A stretch of 64,000 nucleotides of DNA from the NCBI RefSeq assembly GCF_006345805.1, contig NC_042998.1, positions 132,370,001 to 132,434,000 on the forward strand, given 5' to 3'. The notes below the pieces were generated by a model. The model searched no databases. It was not told the DNA's origin and saw only the letters and a program-made list of their open reading frames with translations. Position 1 is the stretch's first letter, and the number at the start of each line of letters is the position of its first letter. This document shows, one piece after another, positions 53,070 through 64,000 of the stretch. The DNA comes from Octopus sinensis (taxonomy: Eukaryota). The position numbers and the translations under genes were made by a program.

Positions 53070-54400
53070 GACGATGATCCTTTGTTATTTTGGGACAAGG
53101 CCAGCAATTTTGATGGGCAGGAAAGTTGATTACATAGGCCCCAGTCCTCAACTGATACTTGCTTTATCAACCCCAAAAGGCTGAAAAGTGAAGTCATCCT
53201 CAACAGAATTTGAACTTAGAGCATAAAGGATAATGAAATGCTGCTAAGCATCCTCTCAGCACTAGCTTGGGAATAAAATTTGCTTAGTGGGAGCAAGCGC
53301 AGGTCCAAAAATTTTTACAAACAAGGTCTTAGTGTTATTTTTTTTTATTTTTGTTCTTTGAGAGGAAACCTAACTTAAAGCTACTTTCTCAAGCTGTTTT
53401 CTAAACCTGAGAAAAGTAAGTAGGGGTGCAAATTTTGATTTTTGCACCCCGCCAAAGTTTTAGGGGGGTGCGCGGGCACCCCTTGCACCTCCTGTTCCCA
53501 GGCCCATGTCTGTCAGTTGCGCTAATGATTCTACCAGCTCACCTCCTTCATAAGAATCCTTTCTACTAATATGCACAAGGTCTGAAATTTTTGGGTGAGG
53601 GAGCTAGTCGATTGCATCGACTCCGCTGCTCAGCTGGGATTTATTTTAACATCGCTAAAAGGATAGAAGGTAAAATTGGCCTTGTCTGCATTTGAACAAA
53701 AATGTAGAACCAGAGGAAATCCTGCTAAGCATTTTGTTGGCATGGTAACAATTCTGCCAGCGTACTGCTGAATAATAATAATAATTATAATAATTCCTTT
53801 CTACTATAGGCACAAGGCCTGAAATTTTAGGGGAGGGGGATAGCCGATTTCCTTGACCCCGGTTTTCAACTGGTGCTTACTTTATTGATCCCAAAAGGAC
53901 AAAAGGCAAAGTCGACTTTGGCGGAATTTGAACTCAGAATGTAAAAAGACAAAATGTCACTAAATGGACTAGGTGCTCTTTCTAATGCCAACCCTTTCTT
54001 GTTTTGCAAGTAATATAGGTTTAGATCCTTAATCCTTAAACAGTCAAGTAGGGCATGTCTGCTTTACCTGGTATGTGGATCATTCTGCCAGTTTGCTGCC
54101 TTCAGGATATTAATGATAATGGTTTCAAATTTTGACCCCCTCTATTCAACTGGTACTTATTTTATTGACCCTGAAAGGATGAAAGCTAAAGTCAACCTTG
54201 GCGGAATTTGAACCCAGAATGTAGTGACAGGTGAGATACCACTAATCATTTTGTCCGGCATGCTAACGATTCTGCATAATAATAATAGTTATAATAATTT
54301 TTTTTTCAACTTTAGGATAAAAGGAATAGTCAATTATATTAACCTCAGTACATGACTGGTACTTTATTTTATCAACCCTGAAAGGAAGAAATGCCAGTGG
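53070..54400 (-). mobile_element. Chain of ~5 SINE family B copies plus a hairpin-ended MITE-like insert (~53300-53510)
   Basis: Repeated CACAAGG.C.GAAATTT...AAAGG..AAAAG..AAAGTC.AC...GAATTTGAAC.CAGA units separated by (AAT)n. Confidence 0.75.
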
Positions 54401-55433
54401 CTAGCTGTACTGAGCCATAAAATAATTTTTTTGGGGGAAAAAAAACACCGTCTAATATGAATAGATAATGAATAGGTGAATAGATAATATAAAATAGAAC
54501 TGCAACAGAAATAGCTGCCTTTACCATTACCACCACCACTGCACCAACTACTACTATCAGTATCAACACCAATAATGTTTTCATCAACACCAATCACCTG
54601 CTCTCTGCTTGAGTCTGACCTATAATAGTCTTGAAGTATCCAGTCACTAAACATTGGTAAAAATCACTGATCCGACATCCTGGATAAATGTGTACGTTGT
54701 ATGTGTGTGTGTTTATGTTGGTGTCTACTTATACATTGGTGTGTGTGTGTGTGTGTATGCATGTGTGTGTATATATATATATTTATACTTTTGTGTGTGT
54801 GTGTGTGTGTGTGTGCATGCATATATATATGTATGTAGATAGCTAGATGGACAGACAGGCTTCATATTTTGATTTTGACAAGTATTCCTGTTGTTCGATC
54901 AACGGAACTATCTACTCATTATAAGTTAAGTGGCTGTGTGTGTATGTGTGTGTGTGCATAAAAAAGTAGTTAGTTTCCATCACTAAATTCATAAGAAACA
55001 TAAAGCAAGAGAAAAAAAACAAAACATTGGAAAAGGAAAACAAAACAAAAAGAAAAAGATGAAATACAAAAGTAGCAATGTTTTTTTTTTTTTCTTTCTC
55101 TACATAATATTGACAAAACTTAAAGCAAAAAGCAACAAAGTATGCTAGTAAGGAAAGCAGACTTAAAGTGATTGTGGCGAAGATACATAGAGGCACGGTG
55201 TGGCTAAGAGGTTCCCCTTGCAACCATGTGGTTTTAGACACAGTCCCATTGTGCATAACATTGAGCAAGTGTTTTCTACTATAGTTCGGGTCCATAGGCA
55301 GAAACTATGAGGAAGCCCATTGTATTTGTGTGTGTGCATGTATGTATGTATGCACATGTGTGCTTATGTAGGTATCAATTGAGCATGTTATTAGCACTGC
55401 CTAAGCAAAAAAATGTCGACATTGTTTTTACGT

Positions 55434-55808
55434 TAGGTGTGGGCGTGGCTGTGTGCTGGGAAGATTTGCATCCCAATCATATGGTTCTGAGATTAATCCC
55501 ACTATGTGAAATCTTGAGAAAGTATCTTTTACTATAGCAGCCCTTGGCTGACAGACCCTTGTGAATAGATTTGGTGTGGATAGTAAAGAAACCCATCATA
55601 TGTATTTGTGTGTGTATATATGTGTGTGCCTTTGTGGTTGTCTCCTAACGTTACTTGACAATCTTTGTACCTTACAAGTCTGGCAAAAGGAGATTGACAA
55701 AATAAGTACCTGGTTTGAAAACCAAATACTGGGGTCGATTTACTCAGCTACACCCTTCAGGCTGTGCCCTAGCATAAACGTTGTCCAGTGGCCAAAACAA
55801 GTAAGATT
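55434..55808 (+). mobile_element. Old SINE family A copy
   Basis: Colinear with the reverse complement of 62050-62463. Confidence 0.65.
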
Positions 55809-58800
55809 CCATCAGTTGTTATGTAGTTCAGCAGACATGTCTAGTTTGACTGTTTCAGGATGAAAACGTATTTTACTAGCATAACAAGAAAGGGTTGGCA
55901 TCAGAAAGAGCATCTAATCCTTGAAATCCTCCTCAATTAAGTTTTGTCTATTCCTTGCTGGCGGGGAACAAAAGACAGAAATAGCCGTAAAAGCAATAAT
56001 AATGATGACGTATATACATGTGGAACACACATTTACATCTATATACTAACATTCATTTTAACAAAGAAGTGTTTCAGTTGTTGAAACAATAGAACCACAA
56101 ACTCACTTGAAGTGTAAGTGTCTAAGTATTCCACTCCTCAGATACATTTTTATCCATTATGAAATGCTTGAGTGGAATCAATGACCTCATAATGTACAGT
56201 CTAGCCATGCACGTGTTTCTATGCAATGTCTGGTTTGTCCAATTTTACTGACAGTGCTTGCGTCACCCTGAAGCTGTAGTGGAAGACATACAGGTAAATA
56301 CCATTTATCATATTGATTGTGGGCAAATTTTGACATTTGATCAGCATTATTGATCACGGTCATTACTTTGTTTTATAGTGGGCAGCTACCTTGAAGTTTT
56401 AGGGCTTTAAGCTATTGGTTGTCCTTTTATTTAGTGAAGGCAGCGAGCTAGCAGAATTGTTAGTGCACCAAGCAAAATGCTTGGCGGCATTTAGTTTGTC
56501 TTTATGTTTTGAGTTCAAATTCTGTCAAGGTTGACTTTGCTTTTCATACTTTCAGGGTTGATAAAATGAGTACTAGTGGAGCTCTGGGGTCAATGTAAAT
56601 GACTAATCCATTCCCCCAAATTTCAGGCTTTGTGCCTATGGTAGAAAGGATATTGCAAAATGCAGCAGTGATTTTGCTGTGGGGGTCATAACCACAGGTG
56701 TGCAGCTTTGTCAAAGAGACAAGATGCAGAAAAATATGCTTCTAAAATAGTGTACGCATTTTCTCACTGACCAGGAATCTTTGCAGATGCTGTGGCCTTA
56801 GTGCATGCTTGTGCATTATCTGCCTGGCAGCAGGTGGACCTTCTAACCAGTACCTTGTGCAAGAAAAGAAAGTGCATATGCTACAGCAGGCATGAGCAAC
56901 ACTTTTTAAGAAGCAGGCTGCACAAGGTAGACTGCTCTCCTAAAATAAATCGAAGTAATTTTTCATTGAGTGTGCCATTCGGAAAACCCTGTGGGCCACA
57001 TATAGCCTGCAGTTTTGCACTAGTCTGTTTGCTGCAACATAATCAGTAATAGTTTCTAACGTAGACATAGGCTATAAGAGAAAAAGTGTAAAAGTGATGG
57101 TCAACTTTGGTGTATGGATGCTAAATTAATATATACACCTTAGAGGGGTTGGGAGCAAGTTAGCTTAGAAATATGGGTGAACTGAATTAAGCTGATAGCT
57201 TTTAACAATTTTGTAGCAATGATTTGTAATATTGGCACTAATGTAGCAGTTGCAAATGAAAGGCAGAGTAGTGGAGCCTAACTGGATTTGAACTTAGACT
57301 ATGAAAGGAGGTAACTACCGCAAAGCATTTTTTCCCATAGCGCTGTACCAAGTTTCACAAACTACTGTCATTACATGATTACTAACAATTATTTCTGTCT
57401 AGCATAGTTATGATATCATAAATTTGTTGGGAGGAGTGTAGATTATTTAATTAGTCCTAGTTACTTGGTTAGTGTTTATTCAAAACGATGACTCCAAAAG
57501 GATGAATAAAAGGCTTAGGTGGCTTTGGTAGGATATGAACTCAGAATAATGCAAATGGGCGTGACTAAATGTCAGGAAGTATTTTGTCTGGATTCTGCCA
57601 TCCACCAATTCTACCATCCTCAAGGTTCATAATAATCATAATAATGCCATGAAGGACTACAGCTTTACCATTTTCCCTTGCAGTATTCTTCTGTGAAGTT
57701 TCAGTTTCTGGAAAGTCTCTTGTGAACTTTGCAAATTTCGTTTGTGGGTTTTTCCTTTCCTTTCCTTCTCTTTCTTTCTTTCCTTCCTTCTTTCTTTCTT
57801 TCTTTGTAGTCAGATGTTAATGAGTATGAGTGTAAATTTTCTGTCTTTCTCATCTCCTCTTCTGGGTGGGGGAGAGGAGGTGCTGGAAGTGTGAGCGAGG
57901 AATGGAAGGTGCTCTGTTAGTATAGGGTGGCAGTTGAAGTAGACTGTAGTGATGCCTGCCTATTGATGATTCAATGGAATGGTACACTGGTGGATGTGTG
58001 GGTGTGTCTCCCTGGCATTCTGGTGAGTTGGAGCAGCAGCAGCAGTGATCTGATGCCTTCTGTAGATCTGCTGTAAAAGCTGTAGAAATAATTATGACTT
58101 ATTAAAAATTTTTTTGTTTATTTTTCTCCCTATATATTCCCCCTCCCCCAAAGATGTGTACCCTTGTGCATGTATGTGTGTTTGTGCGTGCGCATGTATC
58201 AAAGACCATCTGCTCACTATTTTCTCCCCTTATTTAACCCTCCATATTAAGGGTGTTTGTGTGTTGTTATGTTAGCTTTTTTTCTTTTCTTTTTTTGTTA
58301 CCGAGGTTATTAATCCTGTGGTTTAGTTAGTGACACCCTACACAGCACACCTCCCCCAACACCATGGAAGCAAACTGCTGTTGGTTGTCACAAACACATA
58401 CTAGTACTGTCACTGCACTGCAAAAACACTATAACTGTTGTGCATGTTTTATTGGTTAATGATTCAGTAATCAAATAAACTAGTGAAAGAAAAATCAAAC
58501 AGTTATTAATATTTTAATTATATTTACTTTTATTTTCATTCCGACCTGGTTTATTTAAGGTCTTTGCAATTAATCTGAGTTAGTGTGAAAGTAATTTGTT
58601 ATGGTAAGGGAAATTGAAGACAGATAATAAACAACAGTAATGAGCAAGCAAGGAAATCTCTATTCAATGTTGATCAACTTTGCTAGAAATAGCAAACAAA
58701 TCTCACTGAAATCACATCCTAGCCACTTAGAAAAGTGAAGAACAAATTTTGATAATGTAGTCTTTGATATAAATTGTCTGAGAAAAATACTAAATGGTTG

Positions 58801-58829
58801 CAGCTAGGATGTCTTTGATCATTTGTGGC

Positions 58830-59160
58830 CTGAGGCTAAACAACCGCAACAAACATAATCAGCATGTTTTGGAGTAATGAGGTTCTTTTCAGCTATGCAC
58901 AATTCACAACTTTTTGTACCATTTCTGAATAGTCTACATCTTTTAAGGGTTTTCCCTTGATGTTGAAAAGGGTGGAATCTTTTTCTTTTTCTCAAATTCC
59001 AGGCATAACTGGAAGATTTCTTTATTTCATGATAAATCTCTAATACGTTATGGGATAAAGAAATGTTTGATAATATTACTACAAAGCAAGACACGCTAGT
59101 AGATTCAAAGATAATCTCACATGAACATGTACATCTTTCACTATAACCATCCACCCCAAC
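58830..59160 (-). mobile_element. Penelope-like GIY-YIG C-terminal remnant
   Basis: LKRCRLFRNGTKSCELCIAEKNLI resembles the LK...Y.NG.K.C.LC..EK..I end of Penelope endonucleases. Confidence 0.5.
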
Positions 59161-59489
59161 ATCCAGTAATAAAAAGGTTACTAGAGCAATCAGTTCTTAT
59201 TAGGGTAATCGTCCTTCATATATATGTATATTTTATATTGGTCATATCTTTCAATAATTTTTAATTGGTTGTAGAGCACTTTCAATGAATAAAATGCTTT
59301 AATTATACAAATGAAACAGCGCATTGTGAAGTCCATATGGGCCTAGGTAAGTTACACACGCATGTATGTTAGATTCAATGATACATATAAATTCACACAC
59401 ACATACACACACACACACAAAACAAAACAAAAAAATATAATTAGTTCTTTCGAAATTTCATAAGCATTATTTTTAATAGTATGTATGTG

Positions 59490-59525
<36 letters not shown>

Positions 59526-60059
59526 TACAAATGCTTGTATGTGTGTGTGTGTGTTCCTTTCTGACAGTAGTAGTCTTGTTAGCAGAAGTGTTTGGCGCAG
59601 CTTTAGGGGTGCAAGGTGGAGGGTGGGTGAGGTAGGTTGTTTTCCTCTCTAAAGCTTTATGTGTTTATTTATTTATTTTTATTTATTGCTCCTCAACCTG
59701 CCCCTTATCCTCCTTCCACCTTCTAACTCCCCCACCAAACTGCCCTTCCCTACTTCATCCCTGTATTTCTCCAACACCACCACCACCACCATCATACCAA
59801 CCTTCCTCCATCTGTATGTTTATTACAACCACCACCACCACCATTACCACCACCACCCAACCAACAGCATCACCAGCATCAGCATCAGCAAGGCTTGGGT
59901 TATCCAATATTTGGGTAATGTAGCTGAAGCATTGTTCCATTTAATAGAATTTATGGACATGGTTATCTGTTTGAAGTTTTGCAGATGACTGGAGGTTTTT
60001 ATGATAAAAAAAAATAAAATAAATAAATATATAAATAACTAGATAAAAACTAAATTAAT

Positions 60060-60106
<47 letters not shown>

Positions 60107-60279
60107 ATCGGGTGGAAGATGGTTGCAAGGAGAGTGAGGCTATATAAATGGGTGGAGTAAGAGTAAGGGGACTGAGGGAACAAATGGAAATTTTCATTGG
60201 TTTATGTATGTATGTATGTGTATATGTAACATTACTTGGTTTCATATTGCTTAGTGACTGTGTACGTACACATTGGCAT

Positions 60280-60481
60280 ACATATATGCATATATATATA
60301 TGTGTCAAAATATATGCATACATGTGTGTTTGTGTTAAAATATATACGCATACATGTGTATATATTAAGATATATATTTATGCGTGTGTATATATATATG
60401 TATGTATGTATAATGTATTTTTACATACATGAATGCATGTGCTCACAGAAAGTGACACGTGTGTGCATCTATGTATGTGTA

Positions 60482-60556
<75 letters not shown>

Positions 60557-60700
60557 TTTCGTGTGTGTGCGTGTGCGTGCGTGTATGTATATCTGAATAT
60601 GCATGTGTGTGTAAATGTAGATGTGTGTGTGTATATATATATGTATGAATGTATATGTGTGTATATGTGTGTGTGTGTGTATATATCCATGACCATGCTT
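60280..60700. repeat. Compound TA/TG microsatellite region
   Basis: Direct reading. Confidence 0.9.
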
Positions 60701-61039
60701 GTGCATATGTATTATTAGATGCATAAAATGTACAGCTGTATGTAGCTACATACAATGCTCTTGGTGTTAAAATGGAAATGAAAGAATGGAAGAACGCATA
60801 GAAGCATAGTTTGTTTGTTTGTTGTTTCCATATTTGTGTCTCTATGTAAACTATTTCAACTTCATTTTGATATTTTAAAACAAATCTTTTTATTCATTTA
60901 TTTATATTATTCTTTTTTTTTTACAGATTTTGTTAAACATTTTTACTTGTTTTTTTTCTTTTCTTGTTGCAGATTGAATACATTTAGTAGATATAGATTG
61001 TATTTTAATGTTTCTGTATCCACATATACATATACGCAA

Positions 61040-61077
<38 letters not shown>

Positions 61078-62049
61078 GTATGTATGTATATGTGTGTGTA
61101 ATGGCTTTTCTAGAAAAAGAGAAGAATCCTGCCACTTTGTTGACATGCAGAAATCTCAGTGTTTCACCATATTACTAGATGTAACCAAATATTTTCATAT
61201 TGTAGTAAAGATGGGAAGGTTTGGCTTTCATGCATTTGCTTTTAGTATTACTATCAGGATAGCTGGAATAGAAGATCTGCCAGCAAGAACCTGAAACTTT
61301 GCTTCTCGCCAAAAGAAAATATGTATCTGTTTTGCTGGTTATTTGTTTCACCGATTGGACTGTGACTGTGCTGGGGCACCACCTTGAAGGGTCTCAGTCG
61401 AATGAATCGATCCTAGCGTTTTTGTTTGTTTTTGTTTCAAAGCCTGGTACTTATTTTGTCGGTCTCGTTTCGCAAAACTGGTTGTCGAGCAGAGGTGGGC
61501 AACAAACGCACACACGCGCACACGCAGGCTTCTTTCACATTCTATCTTCAGAATCCACTCAAGAGGTTTCTATAGCAGAAGACACATGCTCAAAGTGCTG
61601 CTAATGTGTGACTGAACCCAGAACCATGTGGTTGGGAAACAAACCTCTTGCCACACAGCCATACTTGTACCTATATATATATATATATATATAATTTAAT
61701 GTTGGTTTTTATGTTCTGTTATATTAAAAACAATTGTACATTAATCTGATGGGGGTTACTCTATACTTTTGTAAGAGTACAAATTCATTATTCTTGAACA
61801 AGAATGTTGTTGACTCTGACTTCAAAACTTTAGCTGGCGAAGCCATTGTTATTTTTGTACTAATGACCATCATTCACAAATGCACATCCCCATTTTTAGT
61901 TACATCCTCACACATAAATACACTCACTTGCCATATATGGATGCATACTGCTCCTACTCATCATGCATGAAGACACATAAGGATATCTTGATCTTGAAGC
62001 ATTTGAACTCACTTATGAGACACCTGCATGTGCTTATATATATATATAT

Positions 62050-62463
62050 TCTTTTACTCGTTTCTGTCATTTGACTGTGGCCATGCTGGAGCATCGCCTT
62101 TAGTCGAGCAAATCGACCCCCAGGACTTATTCTTTGTAAGCCTAGTACTTATTCTGTCTCTTTTGCCGAACGACTAAGTTATGGGGACGTAAACACACCA
62201 GCATCGGTTGTCAAGCGGTGTTGGGGGGACAAACTCAGACACACACACACACATACACATATATAGTTTCCACATATGTAGTTTCCATCTACCAAATCCA
62301 CTCACAAGGCTTTGGTCGGCCCCTAGGCTATAGTAGAAAACACTTGCCCAAGGTGCCATGCAGTGGAATTGCACCCAGAACCATGTGGTTGGTAAACAAG
62401 CTACTTACTACACAGCCACTCCTGTGCCTATACTTACCACACAGCTACTCCTGCCTGCGCCTA
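62050..62463 (-). mobile_element. Near full-length SINE family A with duplicated head
   Basis: Same body as 24046-24438. The head segment (CACAGC(C/T)ACTCCTG) occurs twice at 62400-62463. Confidence 0.85.
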
Positions 62464-63092
62464 TACATATACATACATACACACACTTAGTAGATACACC
62501 GTTTGAAGTAAATCCTTATACAAGATATGTCCATTAAAGTTTATGCACACATATGCTCAGACACACACAAACACACACATACACTAACATCGACTTGGTG
62601 CTTGAATTAAAAGCATACAAACACAAAAGGCGAAAAGACCAGCAAGAATTTAAATATATCCACAAAGCCAGATGTTTATATGCACACACACGTGCACAAG
62701 CAAAGAGGCAGATGCACACACACTTTTAATTACACATACATTTATATATGCTATTTACTGTTCCCTATTGTTTCTCAATGTTTCTGTTTTGTTTGTTTGT
62801 TTTTTTATGATAGAGACAGAGATCTCTAATTAACTGAATTCTTGAAATTTTCAACTGTTTAGTTTTCTTTTTTTGTTTGTTTTTTGTTTGTGTTTAGTTT
62901 TGCTTTTTCTTTCTTAACCTGAGGACACTGTAACAGAGATTTGCAGCCACAAGTGAATTTCATTTTCACTCTGAATAACATTGACTGAATTTTATAACAT
63001 CGCACATGCGTGTATACTTTACACAAACGCACACACACACACTCATATATCTATGTATGTGCACATATGCATATATATGTGTATATATATAT

Positions 63093-63495
63093 CATCATCA
63101 TCATTGTTTAACGTCCGCTTTCCATGCTAGCATGGGTTGGACGATTTGACTGAGGGCTAGCAAACCAGACGGCTGCACCAGGCTTCAATATTGATCTGGC
63201 AGAGTTTCTACAGCTGGATGCCCCTCCTAACGCCAACCACTCTCAGAGTGTAGTGGGTGCTTTTACGTGCCAGTCAGGCGGTACTGGCAACGACCTCGCT
63301 CAAATCTTTTGCACATGCCACCGGCACAGGTGCCAGTAAGGTGATGCTGGTAACGATTACGCTCGAATGGTGTCTTTTACGTGCCACCGGCACAGAGGCT
63401 AGATAGCTGCTCTGGCAATGATCACGCTCAGATGGTGCTCTTAACACCCTAATAGCACGGAGCTCGAGTGCCAGTAAGGCGACGCTGGTAACGAG
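63093..63495 (-). mobile_element. RTE LINE 3'UTR with (GAT)n tail
   Basis: CATCATCATTGTTTAACGTCCGCTTTCCATGC...GTTTCTACAGCTGGATGCCC...CGTGCCACCGGCAC, matching fragments at 16738, 19845, 52080 and 30960. Confidence 0.8.
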
Positions 63496-63911
63496 ATATA
63501 TATATATATATATAATAATGATATGTATATGTGATGGATTATCCTGTTGGAGATGACATACGAGTGTTCAGCTTTTTGCCGAATGACCTGCACAGATGAT
63601 TTGTTTATAGTGGTCAAATGTTCGTGCCACACATTAGCCCATTCTCTCCATCAAATCGACATTGTCTGAACAGGTGCACAAGTGTACCATGTGTCAGGTG
63701 TAGAAATGATCACAGAGTAACGCTGATGAAGTGTTTTGCTCAGTCTAGGAATTGAAATCACAATTGCTAGACTGTGAGTGCAACACTCCAACCACTAGGC
63801 CATGTGCCCTATGCACACAGGCACTCTTTTATACATCTATGTATGTGTACATATGCATATGTATCTACTTGTCATATATGTATATATATATATACACACA
63901 CACACATATAT

Positions 63912-63957
<46 letters not shown>

Positions 63958-64000
63958 TCACCATCATTTAACGTGCTGGCATGCGTTGGACGGTTTGACC

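Overview
AT-rich, microsatellite-dense animal genomic DNA. The SINE, RTE and MITE families match my recollection of Octopus (coleoid cephalopod) repeats; this assignment is not database-verified. No complete, recognisable protein-coding gene is present, and almost all ORFs in the track are microsatellite or TE artefacts. Positions 1-5.6 kb hold a nest of decayed transposons: a Tigger/pogo remnant and an APE-RT LINE split by a full-length Tc1 element. Positions ~5.5-8.1 kb look like a CpG-richer, possibly bidirectional promoter, with two frame-compatible small minus-strand exons (MEARPVHNQILFTTAAMDKHVEEKAV) and a candidate short plus-strand first exon. The remaining ~56 kb is intron-like or intergenic and filled with SINEs, RTE LINE ends, a mariner fragment, a complete non-autonomous Helitron, piggyBac-like and hAT-like MITEs, Penelope-like remnants and a near-perfect 1.87 kb tandem duplication. 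The most interesting signal is a candidate 3-nt microexon (CAT, 51555-51557) with a ~200 nt AG-free pyrimidine tract, a UGC motif and a GTAAGA donor. Also notable are vestigial hammerhead-ribozyme cores in a repeat family and close inverted repeats that could be ADAR substrates.
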